From Phoronis australis (Eukaryota > Animalia > Phoronida): 64,000 bases of DNA. The translations under genes and the position numbers were made by a program. This document shows, one piece after another, positions 13,301-28,300 of this stretch. Position 1 is the stretch's first letter, and the number at the start of each line of letters is the position of its first letter. The notes under the pieces are model-generated. The model saw nothing but the letters and a program-made list of their open reading frames with translations. It had not been told where the DNA came from and did no database searches. The stretch lies in contig NMRA01000498.1 of assembly GCA_002633005.1 (NCBI GenBank), positions 175,772 through 239,771 on the forward strand, written 5' to 3'.

Positions 13301-16300
13301 TGAGTTGGAGGAGATTGACGTGTCCGGCTAGTCGACCCTAGTCTTCCAGTCAACCTACTGTCAGCTGTCTGTATGTGGCATTCTTGTACATCTTGATACG
13401 TTGTTAAAAGGGCAATAGGCACATCCCAAAATACCACACCGCTGATTTGATTCAGTAATTTGTTAAATCAAAAACTAATTGTTCACACCAAAACGACATA
13501 GGCACTTGAAAGGAATTCTTTCGCTATACCTAACGCCTAACAAATAGATTTATTGAACATATCACTCGTTTCTGTGTAATTACTGCAGTACTACACAAAC
13601 ATTTTTGGAGTGCATGCTTATGCTTACAAATAATATTTCTAGTGTCTACGTCTCTCTCCTCAGGCCAGTTTTCTCACTATTGCATAAAGGTTTTAGCTTC
13701 ATTTAGTTTATATAATCTCAGTCAATAATTCATAGACCCATGAGGCATCGTCTATGAGAAACGTTGGCACTGCCGCTGCACTGGAGACACTTCAGCTGAA
13801 ATCAATAGGTTGATAAACATCTTGGGGATGCTTACAAGTACAGTCATCTTTTTGACATTGCAATCCACTTGGCATTCTTTCTGAGTGATTTTATCCCCCG
13901 TTCAAATAGTGATTTTGTCATTTACGCCAAAAAAATGAGCTGGCTCAGCATGGTCTTGTCGATAAGAAGATCTGCTTGAAATTATTTGTAAGATGATCGA
14001 TTAGTTTCATGGAATATTTTTAAGGAATTAAGTTGTTAATATCCCCCATTTCTTCTAAGAAAACTAAAGACGGTCCCATTTTAAGATTCCAAATAAAACT
14101 GCAAACCTGTCAATAAGTAGTCCATGAACAGGAGGAGATTATTTTGTTGTTTTGTTTAAGTAGCCAAGCAAACACAACTTGTCCATTAGTTATGTCCTGG
14201 ATGTGATGGTGCTTCGTGAAATGCATAGTCTGACCTTTGGCCAAAGTGACTACCTCACTCTGGCATTGTGGGTAACTCAAAAGTTGGTCACGTGATATTT
14301 GTGAGCTCATGTTTTTATAAAAACAGTGATTGTTTACAGTTTTTAAGCTTAGGGTTATAGCGTATAGGATCCTAGAAAAGTTACAATTTTGACCAACTTT
14401 GTAACATCCTTGAGTTGAGTGTAAACAGAATTGGTCACCATAGTAGTAATGACAGGGAAAAGCTAATATAGCGGAAAAATAATTCACTATTCCTCTAGTT
14501 TTATCGTAAACAAATCTTGTGATACAACAAACACAGATGACCAATACACTACAAATGGCTCCCCCTGTTGACATGTGAGAGTCACCTTAATTGCTAATAT
14601 TGGTTGTTCCTTAGGTTTACATCTGATTCGTGTATGGGACTCTGACTTGTGCATGAACATACAAGTATAGTTTTATACAGTCGTACATTTTTAAAGATAA
14701 GGTGTCGAAAATTTTATTACGAACGATATGAGAATGCTACCCTTTGGAAAATTTTTGACATAAAGCTGACTTCATTTAGTCGGGTGCTTTAAATCTTTTA
14801 AATCAGTTTTCCTCCTGGGAGTGTTTCATTGGTAATTTTGAGCATACGAAGAATTGGACTAATTTTCGATGTTTCGTTGATTCTTGAATTCATACGCAGA
14901 CGTCGTCCTTATTTTGGGGCTAAACAAAGTACATTGAGCTTTTGGAAAAACAAAACTTTGAGTAATTTAAAGGCACATGTTTAGTAAAACTTAAAATGCA
15001 TCCAGTAACTTGGTTTATGGCTCCGGCGTTTAAAACTGCTTTATTAAATTTGTGTGGCGACAGCAGAGCTGGTACATTTTAACACATTACAACAAGCATA
15101 TTGCTCTGTTTTTTCCTTTGCAAAAGAAAAGGTGCACCAGTGCCGTTCAAAGCTGTTGGAACGTTTTAGTGATTCCAAGTCAGTCATATGACAAGTACGC
15201 ATTTTTAGCAGTTTTGACTAGCACATTTTATCAACAATTTTTAAAATTTATTCTTGTATGAATTAAACTTTTATTAGGTATCCACTGTTATTCACCATGG
15301 TGCCCAGGGCCCTCACTTACCTGAAAGGAAAGGTGTCTGTACCTTTTTAAAGGGCAGTTTTTGCGGCGTTTTTGACTAGGAGGGGAGTTTTTGCGCCATT
15401 TTTACTAAGAGGGGGATTTTTGTGAGGTTTATTTGCTGCACTGCTCCTTAATATTTTTACAAGGGGAAGGGGGTTGATATTTGGTCCCAACTGTGATGGC
15501 CCTGGCACCAATTTCTTGACATTCAATGACATTTCAGAGAGAGCCTATTAAAATTGTTGAAGCTGTACATTATTTACCATACTTCCAGTACCTTAAATTT
15601 CCGGGCACTGATCACAAAACCATTACTTTTGCTATCAGTATTTAAGATTTTTTTTATAAATTTCCATATGCATCTCGCGTACTTGTATACAGCCCTACTG
15701 GAAAACAGTAATGAGTCAGTTACCAACTATGCTTGTTACATGAAAAGATAATAACTGTGTTCAGTAATAACTTGGTAATTCAAATTCAAAACCTCATAGT
15801 GTCCAAACTTGAGGGTGATTTTGCAGCAATGGCACTGTTTTATTTTGTCAAATGCAAAATATACATTGCATGCACACATTTTGAAGGCAGAAGAATTGAG
15901 TTTGACCATATTCCCCTCGTTTGAGAGATGTCCCGCTACTGAGATTCATGTTGTTTATAAGCATTTAACTCATATTTTTTGGAAATTACGCATTACTTCA
16001 TTCCTTATTATGAAGGCCATAACATTTTACTCGAAGGTCACACACTTTACTTGAATGTCACACATTTTGTAGCACAGACATTTGGGGATTTTGTTGATGA
16101 AATTTGAAGTCTGAATTTGGATAGATGAGGCTGAAGGCATAAAGTCTAGCGTCAGAAGTAGTTAATGAAGTAACGTCAGGTATGCTACTGTCACAATATG
16201 TCTCAAGTATCTTGCTATTTTCTTGTACATGGTGTTAACGCGCCATTCAAGGTTTTTAATTCAAAACTGTAAATAATCTTGGGATGTATTCAAGACAAGC

Positions 16301-19300
16301 AGATAACTTTTTTTTGATTTGTACAAAATATTAAACTCACTAAAACTGCACTTGAAGAATTTTCACTAGAATTTCCTTGTATTGAGAAATTCGAAGAAAT
16401 TTCTTTTTCCAGACACTTCACTTCATATGTCCAGTTCCTGAAATTTTTTCCTATTTAATTTGAGGCTTTACATGCCTAGCAATTGACCTCTGTTAAAGGA
16501 CAATAGGTCACCTTTACAATGTCATACTTTCCACTCTTTGTGGCTAACTGTCTCCTCACAGTCTCGTTTTATACGCCCGTTGATTCTGCCTTTTATTTTT
16601 GTTTTGAGTATTCCCGGAGGTGGAGTCCTACGCATGTCACTTCTGCTGAGAGTGTCTGACTCCAAACCCTCATCTTCATCGTCGTTATCTTCATCGCCAC
16701 TATAGAGACCTCTCTTACGATCGAAACGAACCTTTTTATCGTCATCTAGTGCAAAAAGTTTCAAATATTCCATGTCTATGCTGTCTTCTTGGTATGTCTT
16801 TTCTACGTTTGTGAATTTGACATAGGTCTTCTCTAAGGCAATACAAATGGGTTTGGTTTCTTCCAGCTGTGCTGGTATGGTGCCGTTGGCGTCGCTGCCA
16901 TCTTTTGCAGTTTCATCTTCTCTTTTGTTTGTGATGCAGACATGGGTCCGTGTTTTGCAGAAATAGACCATAGTTATTATTAGTACAATCACAAGAAAAG
17001 GCACAATACTGCTGAGCAAAGTCACTTTTATGTTACTCGTTGAAGCACTGTCGTTGGTGGAAGTTGTCTCCCTTGTCTGAGTGGCCTCAACAGTCTCGTC
17101 CGGCCATTGTGGACTCTCGGTTTCTTTAATGAAACTTCTTTTAGCCGTTCCAGCCACGTTTTTAGCCTTGCAAGTATATTTCCCATCAGCTATGGGGTGG
17201 TGACTGAAGTTGAAATTTGCCTTGGTGTAAAACACATTTCCATCGTATTTCGTGTCACTATGTGTTGGAGTATCATTCTCACCTCCATCTGGTGGCACAA
17301 TTGTTAATATTGGTGCCGGATCACCGTAGGCCTCACAACGTATACGCAGTTCTTCACCTGAAAGTGCATATGTAATCTGCGGCGTAGATGGCCCCATGCA
17401 ATGCATTTGAACCGCCTGAATAGAGCTAACATTATAAAGGTAGCCTGTATCAACCGGTGTCGCACAGTGAACAGAGTATGTGCTTAACTGCCCGTCTCTG
17501 CATTTCATGCGTTTAGACGTCATCATTGTGTAAGACGTTTTTATAAACTTCATCTCACAGTTGCAGTGGAAGGGGTTCTTTCCCAAACTGAGCTCTCTAA
17601 TGTTGGAAGTGATTTTTGTTATATCGCTGGGCAGCTCTTTTATGAAGTTATTATGGAGGCACAGCGCATTTAAGTTTACTTGAGCCAATGTTGAAAACAC
17701 ACCATAATCTATATGTGTTAGCTTGTTATTGGATAAATTGACGTACTCCAGGTTTGACATATTAGCAAATACTCCATCAGGAATTGTTTCAATCATGTTG
17801 TTTTGCAATTCCAAAATAGCGACATCCTTGAGTCCTTCGAAGGTGAAAGCGTTCAACTTTTCTATGAAGTTCCTGTCAAGGTAGAGTTCCTGTAGATTGG
17901 TCAAGTGTTTGAAAGCATCCCTATTTATGGTCTCAATATAACAAACAGATAGCTTCAATGCCTTCACATCAGGCTTGTAGTGCAGCTGTAAGAACCCTCG
18001 AGATATGTACGTCCTTTGGATGTGATGCTGTGTTCCCAAATACGGACATCGCACATTCGCCATAACTGTCGTGGCTAGGCGTACAAGCAATATGATATTT
18101 ACACAGAAAATATTCAGCAACATAGTCCCTAGCTGCCCTGTCTTCTATTACTTCATGGTGCAAGCTTTCATGTCTTCTCAATCCTCAGTTGGATTAAATA
18201 CATCACATGATGTATACTCAACTCACCGGAGGTGTTTAGCGCCAGCTTACATTAGAATTTATCATCTTTCCGGCCGATTGTCAGTTACAGCCTCCGGGAA
18301 TTTTTTACAACAGTGCTCTGCTCTTCTCTAATAGGGTTAATTTCAAGCCTTTGCTGGTCTTCATCTATTATTCTATCAATTCAAAGCGCCTCTTGTTTAG
18401 TTGTCTATGTATGTGTCAGCTATCTGAAATCAAGATAAATATTGCATTATTTTTTGCTAATTGTCAAATAGTCAGCTATTGTCTAGAGGTGTTTTATTAT
18501 GCTGTACACAACTTTTGTTAAACAGGATGTCATTAAATGTTTTTGCTCCATGAGGAAAATTACACTGTCCGTTTTAAAGTACCCCACGCATCTTCAATGA
18601 TTTATAGTTGTCTTGCATGGTCTGTGGCCTGGAGACTAAAGTGACATTTGGGATGCATGAAATTGATTTTTGTCTAACTTTCATCAAACTCAGTTTCTCA
18701 GAAGGAAATTATTAGTTATGATTTGGTCCTTTACTCGCCCATGTTAGAGTGTTCTCCGCAACTCGTTCGACTCATCACCGCGTCAAGTTTGAATTTTGCT
18801 GTGACAAGATTGGAAGCCAAATGCAACAACTTTTAAGTATTGGGAGATTTGTTATTTCTGAATCAAACGTGACATTTTGGTACCAGGTCAATGCATTTGC
18901 GGGAGTAAGCGTCTTGTCTGTCATCACAACTCACAGGCCAATCTACTACCATTCAAAGAATTACTAAAGCCGATCATTTACGGTTATTAGAGTACCACAA
19001 CCTAGTGCATCTATTTTGCATAGTTCTGTTTGACTATTGTACCTGAAGATGATATTTGCCTAATTTCAAAACGAAACTCATGTTACACTCTAGTGTTGCT
19101 GCTTTTTAACTTCCTTCTTCTAATTTGGCCAAAAACTAGTACTACTATCATAAACTCCTGTTTCCTTTTGAATGAAATGAAGTAAGGCAGATCTCACCAT
19201 GATTTCATCCTGTTCTTGTGTACAAACCACTACCTTATGTCCTCACCACCGGCGTAAGATTGCCTTTTTATGTCATCCGGATTCTGACATCACATTTGTT

Positions 19301-22300
19301 AAATCATAAAATATAAACTACCGGTACATGGTAAATGTAAACGTCCATCTTTCATTGCATTTCCCACCATCACAATATTTATTGTACAGGGCCCTCGATC
19401 CCTCGAAATTGGGGCCGAATTTCGGAGATATTACGCTTATGTCGCATTGTGCATGTTTTAAAAAATGTCTTAAACAAGATCATTTTCATAGAGCAGTCTG
19501 TATCAAAAATAAATTTTCTATGGTTAATCTCTTCATCCTTTCTTGCTTTCCAGCTGAACATTTTGTAATCAACAGAAATTCAATTTACAGTGACACCTCT
19601 GACGGCAAAAAAGTGTTTCTTATTATTAAATATCAAGTGCAAACCAACACCCTGTGCCTTAGTACTCGGCTGAGCTAATCCATTAGTGCAAGCCATCAAT
19701 GAATATATGCCACCTCTTTCAATTAGAAACGTTCTACAAATGAAACTATTGCAATATTTCTATTCATAGCTGTGTGTTACTTTATTTGATTGGCCGGAAA
19801 CTCTTAGATATGGAGCTCTTGCCAAATTGGCTGCGTTTCTCTCTTGGGGCACAGTTTCATACTAGAGTACGTTGTGATTAGACCTGATTGATAACAAGGA
19901 AATTGCTTCTAGAACTAATGTCCTCATTAGCCCTCAGGTCTTGGAAATTCTAACTAGTGGTTTTATTTATTATTGAATGGCCAATTTGGTGTTAGTACAT
20001 AGAGCTTGTTTCTGTAAGTTTTGGAATGGAAACGAACAGGTTTTTACCAGTTTTACAAATGACTATTTCATCATGTAGATAAGTTAAAAGATGTATTTGC
20101 ATGCTCCTAACTATGCTGATGTATAGCTGGAACGAAATGACAATGTTATTTTAATATTTTCTGCACTAAACAAAATGCAGCTGTATTCAATGACAACTTG
20201 TTAGTGTGAAAACAAGAAATTCTGCAAATATGTGATCTTTGTACTAATAACGTACCTCGGGGCTCATACAGCCTGCATCTTGCAGTGTTATTCCCAAACA
20301 CTATGTCTAAATACTTAATGGACGCAGTTCAGTGATTTGCGACAGATCATTTTTGCCACAAAACGTGATTCTAAAAACATTTACCAATTTTCAACCTACT
20401 TCATATTTACATCATCGCTATATGTCGTGTTTCTGAGTAATTTGGTCAAGCAATCACAGAGATAAGGAGTTAGCCTGCAAGTTCCACTTGAACATACTAT
20501 ACATAAATACAAAATAAAAATATCAAAGATATTGTTTATAAGTAAAATCAACTTACTCAGAGAGCGGGGACTTAGAAGTTCGAACATTTCGAACTGTACT
20601 CTACAGTTCTTTGTCAACGGATGCTAGGGTGGCATCCTGGTTTCTGGTCCTGTTTTCCGTTCGAACTTCTAAATCCCTGGTCTCTGAGTAAGTTCATTTT
20701 ACTTATAAACACGCATTCACCGAGACCATGAAAAACCCTTTTAGATATTGATAAATATACTAACTATAATCTTTATGTAACAAGTTACGTTGCTTAAGAG
20801 TGGTGTATGACGACTGTATTTTCTACAAGTCATTAATTGACCACGGAGTAAAACTCGCTATAATTTTCATGGAGAAATTGTCAATATAAAGCTCCATTTT
20901 TCTGCCACTGACATTGCTCCTCAACACCACACACTTTTCTGGCTGTGTGGTATCAAAGCCATGATACTATTCATCCTACCTTTGGTGCTCCCTTCTCAAT
21001 CATCTGCTTTTTCTTGGGCTTTGTAACATTCCAATTTGACCTGTTTCTGTTGCCAGCTATGTTAGTCCACCCTTTGCACTTTTCACAAATCTCAAGATCC
21101 ATGGACCAGTTGAAGATCAACAGACCTGAAAATAGCATGTGGATAGCTTGCCTATGAACCATGAAATTAGAGTAATGCTAACCTATTGAATAATTTAGCA
21201 GTGTTTTCTGTTCATTAAGTTTGTTAGCTCATCCGTGCTCTGGCTGAGTCTCTAACAGAAGGCAGAGAATGTCATTGTTTGCATTGAGTGCAAAGGTTAA
21301 GCACCAGTGAGATACAAAAAGAATTCCCATGCATTCAACAAACCAATGACCGTGTGATTACCTACAGCCTGATTTGACACTCACACAAAAAGTGTGTAAA
21401 TATTTTTCCTGTAAAAGCACATCGTCTTGGGGTTTGCCTATTGCAGCTTTCTGCTTTTACTTAAAAATCAGAATTTGACTGAATTCCTACTTGCAGATAA
21501 ATTTTTAAAGTAAGTTTGATGTTAATATATAAATATTCTGTAATCAAATTCTAGCTGATCTTGACAGTTCTACTTAGAATAAGATAAAGTACAGAACAGG
21601 AATTAAATCTCACTGGAATTGCTCTGTCTATGAAATTTTGACTTACTGACTAGGTGTAACCTGTATGCAAGGGTTATCTTAAAATATTTAAAAAAACACG
21701 TAGGCTTAAAATTAATGTACCTGATGAAAGGATATAATTTTTGTGAAAAGTTACCTGATCTGTGCGTTTACCCCCAAAATGATATTCTTGGGAAGTTAGC
21801 GAAATCTGCTGCAAGTATCAGTTGTTAACATGTTTGAATTCCAGTGCTATAGCCAGGTGTTTCAGAAAATAGCATTAGTAACAGCTTTCTAATGTGTTGG
21901 TCTTAAAAGTGTTAATGTTTAGTGAAACAATTTCATTTGTCATTCATGGAAATTGTTTTGTTGCTGCCCCACTTGTGTCAACACTAATACTGTTTGTTTT
22001 AGACAGATTACTTGTAAGTCCTCAACTGAAAGTTGAGATGTTCAGTGCTGTGTCAACAGTTTTGTTGGAAAGTTGTGAATGAAATTAAGGATAACCAACT
22101 GTTTATTTATGGTGCCATGTTGTTCTTACCTAAACTGGACCAAGCTTGACCTTTTGATGTACCCAGATGTACATATATTAAGTGCACATTCCTGTCATCG
22201 CTGTCTGGACATCTAGGCATGCATTGTCTTGGGTCCATTGCTGTTACTGTCCCCTGTGTCCCTTGCAAGTTTTGAATAAGATTTGACAGATGTGTTCTTA

Positions 22301-25300
22301 CCAAGCTGACAACAGACAACAATGAGTTTTGGATCTATCCAAATATCACTCTGGCAAATTCAGGTTTTACTGTTGCCCCTGTATCTTTGGTGTTCCTTGA
22401 TCGATTTTTACGAAATTTGTCAATGACACCATCGACTGAGTGGAGATTAGGATAGCTAATGATTATATATTATTTTATGAGTTTATACAAACTAGTGTTG
22501 TCGAAGGGAGGATTAGTTGAGAACTTGATGTGAAAACTACAATTGATGAGAAAATGTAGACATTGCTAAGAGGCAAAAAACCATGGGACATGATATCAGC
22601 CAATAGGAAGAAAGCAAATTGGGTCACGCATATTGATAGCATGTCACTATGATAATGAGGTGCTGGGTTCATGTAGAGTTCGTCAAACTTGTATAAAAAA
22701 GTTAAAGCTGCGTTTCGCCATGTTAAGCGTGCCAAAAACAAAAATCTAATTGGACCTTTCACAACTCATGAAATTGGTCTCGTAATATTGTTTAACTATA
22801 GCATCAATCTTCAGTGTTCGTTGACATTGTCTCAAACATTATTTAGTGACCTTCATACTAACTTATGTGTCGAAAAAAATGGGCCATGTTAACTAGTAAA
22901 AGTAAACATTTTCTGAAAGAAAAACAAGATCAGAGATTATAAAAATGTGCTTTTACCGGTAATATGTGTCACCTTTTTTCAAAGTCAAAATTTAATTTTT
23001 ACGAAAGGTACGCTGTTAGGAATTTTCAATTGCTCATTTAGTTTTGTTTCTATGCCAAATTAACTCGCAAAACCTAAGGTATTTTTGTAAAGAATAGTCA
23101 TATTCATCTAATTTACGCTTTGCAGAAGCCAGGCATTTAAAAAGAAAATCCTTGAAGTGTTTTTGAGACTGATGAATAAAAATTCAGTTTTGAAAGTTTT
23201 GGCGAAATTCATGGAGCTGTTTTCAAGAATTCCTGTTAAGTAGTAAACAAATTTTCAAGTGGTTGAAGGCAGTTTTGCTAAATCTTTTTTTCTTGCTACA
23301 TGATATATATTTCGTATTTGAAGTTCCTCGAAAATGAAAATAAGGTATTTTGCTAGACTTGTGAAAAATTGGAACAATGGCCAATTTTGTGAATAAGGTT
23401 TGAGATATCCTTAGTTAATGTGCAAGTCATAACCTTAGTTTGTGGTTTTAGTCGCTAGTTGTCTGCTATCGATTTGCAATTCACCCCAATTACTGCCTCG
23501 GTGCACCATATTGGACTGCAGTGCCACCTACAGAAATATAACTTTTAAAGTTGGTTTAAAGTGTCCCCGTGCATTTACAAGTTACACCTCACTCACCCAG
23601 ATCTCCCACAGACCGCGCATTACCATACTCTGTTTCCAATACAATAAACGTAATCCAGTGGACTGCCACACTATTTTCTAAAGGGCAGTTGAAATCCCCT
23701 TGCTATCGCCAGAATTCCTGTGATGTCCCCAAAGACCGCAGGGGGTAAAGCATCTTGCCTATCCTACGTCTTGGCATAGCAAGGTCTGTAATTCCCATGT
23801 CATGCAGACCGAGAGTTATACCCTTTAAATGTGTTTTAAAAACTGCTTTGGTTTGATTCGTACAGTAGTTTGACTCCTAACCCAACATCTGATGGCCCTT
23901 GCTTCTGATGGAAAGTGAAGATGACAAGACATTCCTAAGTTGATTATTTACATGAATCCCAGTCTACTTTCATTTATTTTACTGTCTAAGATGTCATTAG
24001 CGATTGGAGATTTCCATAACAGCTTATCATTTCATTTCATGTGCCTCTGCCTGGCTCAAAATGACTTCAACGTGAGACTTTTAAATTGTTTTTTGTGACG
24101 CCACATTTATGGAATATACTGTAACGTTCTCTTTTTTGTATACATTTTGAGTGTATGGTAGCTCCCTACTTGTTTCTCAGAAAAATAATTGGCTACATGG
24201 TCATTTTCCATTTTCATCGGCTGATAATTTTTTTTGCAAATAATGGGGGACCTTTAACAGTTTTTTTGTGACATCTACACTCTGCAAACCATGCTCGTGA
24301 CTGGTTGTTTTACTTTTTACTTTTGTGCAGAAAATGGAATTTTACTGGTCAGCCATATTCTGTGCTAAATAAGCAAAGTTATACTTAAAGTCCATGAGAG
24401 TGGCATTCTTCGCTGTTTGTTTCTGGACTTCCTCTGATGAAAACTCCCAACAATTTACTAGGAAATAGTTGAACATTTCTAGTACATGAATGGAACATTA
24501 GTTATTATTGGAATAGCTTCAGCAATGATAACAACAATAATAATAATTTTAATTGACTTTGTTCTTTGGTTTTATAGATTGTAATGGACAATGGTCCAGC
24601 AAAGAAAATGAACACTGCCAAAACTTTGGACGAAGTTGGTTTGGAGGTTGGTGACCCATTTGAGATATCAAGAATACAAAGAGATGTAAGTACGAACTTC
24701 TTATCCAAGTTCTGACTAAAATATCTAGTAATTGACCAGACGGTAAACCAACCCTTAAATATTGTTGGAAGTTTGCAAGTGAAGGTGTAGTGTCAAACGC
24801 CATGCACATCACACTCAAATTGCAGGTCAAACATCAACCCTTACGCATCGAAATTGCGATCGTGTGAACACATTTCTCTAGTTAAGAATTACCGGTATTA
24901 CAGCAAATATAATTGCACTTTAATTGAGCCTTTTTGGTAACGTTTCGGGGGGAATTTGATTTTGTTAGAACTAACACACTGAACAAGAATGTCCCTTCCA
25001 TTCTTTTGGTTAATATTTATTTCACCAAGTGGTGAAAAATCCTGCGATGGACCTTCAGCTCTGTTGAACAGCTAAGTATTACATGCGTCTTCAAATTCAT
25101 GTGCTTGCAATTATATTGTCTTTTTATCAACTTGACACTCTTTTGGGCATGTTTCGCGAAAGTGACTTAATTACAAATAGTGCAAGTCAGAAATTTGGCT
25201 TTATTTCAAAAAATGCAGAGTCTCTGAGGATATATACATAACTGTTAGCTATTGAGATAAATTTTGTAAAATATTTCTAGATTGTGACCTTCTCTAATTA

Positions 25301-28300
25301 CTTCCCTAAACCTTTTTGTCTGCATTTGTAAGTATAAGACCAAATTTCGTCTTAAATCACCTTCATGAAACTGGTCCAGATGTTAGTTGACTGAAAAATG
25401 TAATGCTATTACTAGCTTCTGAAATTATAAATTAAATAAGAGTTAATTGGAAATGTTCAAGCGTGTGTAACTCGTTTTCGTTGTAAGAGCAGTGTGGCTC
25501 AGTGGTTATAGCTCCAGACTTCTGCTTCAAATCCTGACTTCACTGGTTCATTGGCTGACATTTGAGCATTGCACAAAGGTGTCTCCTATTCCTCTGAGCT
25601 CGGTCATAATTATGAATTTGTACAAGGGAGTGGATGAGAACGTGTAGAGAGCCATGCTGTATATTTATGTAGCCCTTAGCTAAAGCATGTTTCCTTTAAA
25701 AAAAATTTTAAATTTTAAAATCGTCTATTGCATTGTCCATTTTCTAATTCTGGTGTGTCAGATGGTCGAGTCGAGTTGACAGGAGGGAAATGCAATTGCT
25801 TTCATTCATGATGGTCTTGAAATGTTGGACATGTTTGTGTGAATCTTTTGCTCTGCACAACAATTTGAGGGCATGGTGGCCAGCTGCAAAGAATGCTGGG
25901 AAATATTCCACTTCGTTAATTCCATACTCAAGAACCCAGATCACTGCCTACTATGTTCTCTGTTGACATGTTGTGGCATGATGTGTTTCATTGAATGTGT
26001 TGCTGCTGTATTCAAAAATACTGGTTTTAATTTATTTGCAGCCTCTTTTTTGGAAAATGACCCCTTATTTAAAGCGGCATTAGGCCTGTGTTTTCTGTCA
26101 AGAAATAGTTTTGATTTCGGCCTTTTACTGTTACCAAATTTGTCACGCCGTGACCTGAAATGCATTTCCCAACCCCAGAGATCACTTCTAATAGTAACAA
26201 GATATTTTGTTACAGCAAGTGGCATAAATCAAAACTTTCTTCTCAGAAAGCATCAGTTTTAATATTGCTTTAAGATAATTTCAGAAATTACTAAAATAGT
26301 AATGCATTTCTTTTAATTTTAATGTGAAATGCAGTAATTCTTGCTGTTTTCACCCATTCAGGTTGCTTGTTGATTATCCTGACAGTTTCATCGGTGCTTT
26401 AGGCAATTTTCAATGTTAATTGCTGTTGACATGGCCCTAGTTAACCATGTTGCTATATTACCGATACATCATTCCGTTTCACTGAGCAAAGACTATGACC
26501 GATTCAGCCTTCGCTCAGTGAAATAGAACACGGCAACATGACAACTGTTAAACCATCTTTGTCCCTTGGCTAATGTTCCGTGCATAGAGCATAAGATTCA
26601 GGTGCTTACATCAAAAATAAGTTTAAATAAATGGGAACGGAAAATTGGCAGATGTAATCTTACTGTGAACATCACCACTGACGTTGATTTTCAAATGGAT
26701 TCAACTACTGTGGTGCCTTTTAATGGCAATTTTGATGTGTGTGTGTGCGCACACACACACACACACACGTGTGTGTGTGTGTGCTGTTTTTGGATGTGGT
26801 TGACATATTCTCCGCCGCCTAGCGACCATTTTCATGAAGTTGACAAACACCCCTAGGAGCATACCATTTTTGGTGCTGTCATTGGCCCTCTTGTAGAAGG
26901 ATACTAAACATTGTTTTTGATGATTTCCACCAATCGTCGTTTTGTTACCTGTTAATGCATCAGTGGAGTCAATCAACGCATGAATCAATTAGAAACTCAT
27001 ACTCCCTATGGGATTGTTCTAAAAATCCCCACACCCCAGACCCCCTCAACCCTGACCCACTCGACCCACGACCCACAACCGACTCGACCCAGTCTACACA
27101 AGCTTGACTCTGAACGTAGAACAAGCGCTGACTTGAAGGACCAGTGGATTAGACTGTGAGCTCGTTTGGCTTTTACCTGTTTTTATGCAATTAAGAGAGT
27201 CGGCAAGTTTGACAGCCAAAAACGGGAAAAAAACAACAAGACCAAATCAAATACCTACCAATGTTACAAATGTCATTCCTGGCAGAGTGTAATCGTCTCG
27301 TCTGCTCTTCAATGAATGTCAGATTCAACTTTTTTGCGGAGAGTGCGAAGAATCAAAAAAACTAATTTCATCAGTAATTATAGTTTGAAAAAACAAACTG
27401 TTAGCTAAAAAGTATTATGACGTTATGTCTATATGGAGTATAGTGTCAACGAATATACAACAGAAAGCAAACAATAAAAATATGAACTTATGTACATTCA
27501 CATTAATGTACTGTCTCCGTAAGTTTAGTAGAGCTGAACCATTGGTAGCCGCTTGTGAAACTATTTCCGTGACAACAATAGCGCGCTTACAATGCGCTAT
27601 TTCAAATCACGTTCTCACGCCACTTTTCACCAGACTAGAGCCAGCGCAGATTCGCATGTAGGTATGTCTTATGGGAAGGTCACTCGGTGACGTAATAAGA
27701 TTATGAGATATGTAAAAAGCGCAAAATACCTCTATTGCCACAGGTCGTGGGTCAAGGGGGTTGCGGGTCAAGGGGGTTGCGGGTCAAGGGGGGAGTCATT
27801 TTTAGTATCGGTTAATAGGACAAAATAGTGTTTGGTATCCTTTTAATTTAGGTTTTGGTAAGGTTTATGATTGAAATTTTGGCAGCTATCTTTGAGGGGT
27901 ACGGACTTGTGGCTGGTCTTCCAAATCTGTGATATTTATTCCTGGCCAAAATGGACAAATGTGACCATCCCCATAACATTGATTGTCCCGCGTGGATGGA
28001 AATGTTTGTGTCACAAACTCTCGGCACTCTTGGCATTATCCTGGTCTCATCTTGCAGGATTACGAGTTTCATAAGGGAAAGTCCGAGTATGAGGATGTTC
28101 TTCAAGCCAACAACAAGCCTTCAACAATGACTAATAGAGGGCACCAGGCTCCAGCAGCCTTCATGATCATGGCTAGTGGCCTGGATAAGGTAAGAAAAAT
28201 CAGCGTTTTGCTACTGGGTTGTGTCTTGGGTATAACCAGAACTGAAAAATTTGTTTTTTGATTTTGCATTTGTTGAAAGCCTGTGTTTTTATGTCCTCCA

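Noticed and set aside
21800-22900. Possible decayed coding sequence in the large intron
   Set aside because: Only short ORFs, with no recognisable motif or splice-consistent exon chain.
25487-25545. tRNA-like start (GTGGCTCAGTGGTTATAGC...TTCAAATCC)
   Set aside because: No complete cloverleaf or acceptor stem; at most the decayed head of a tRNA-derived SINE.
25744-26262. Overlapping 66-129 aa ORFs on both strands suggesting a second nested gene
   Set aside because: No domain similarity that I can recognise and no supporting exon structure.
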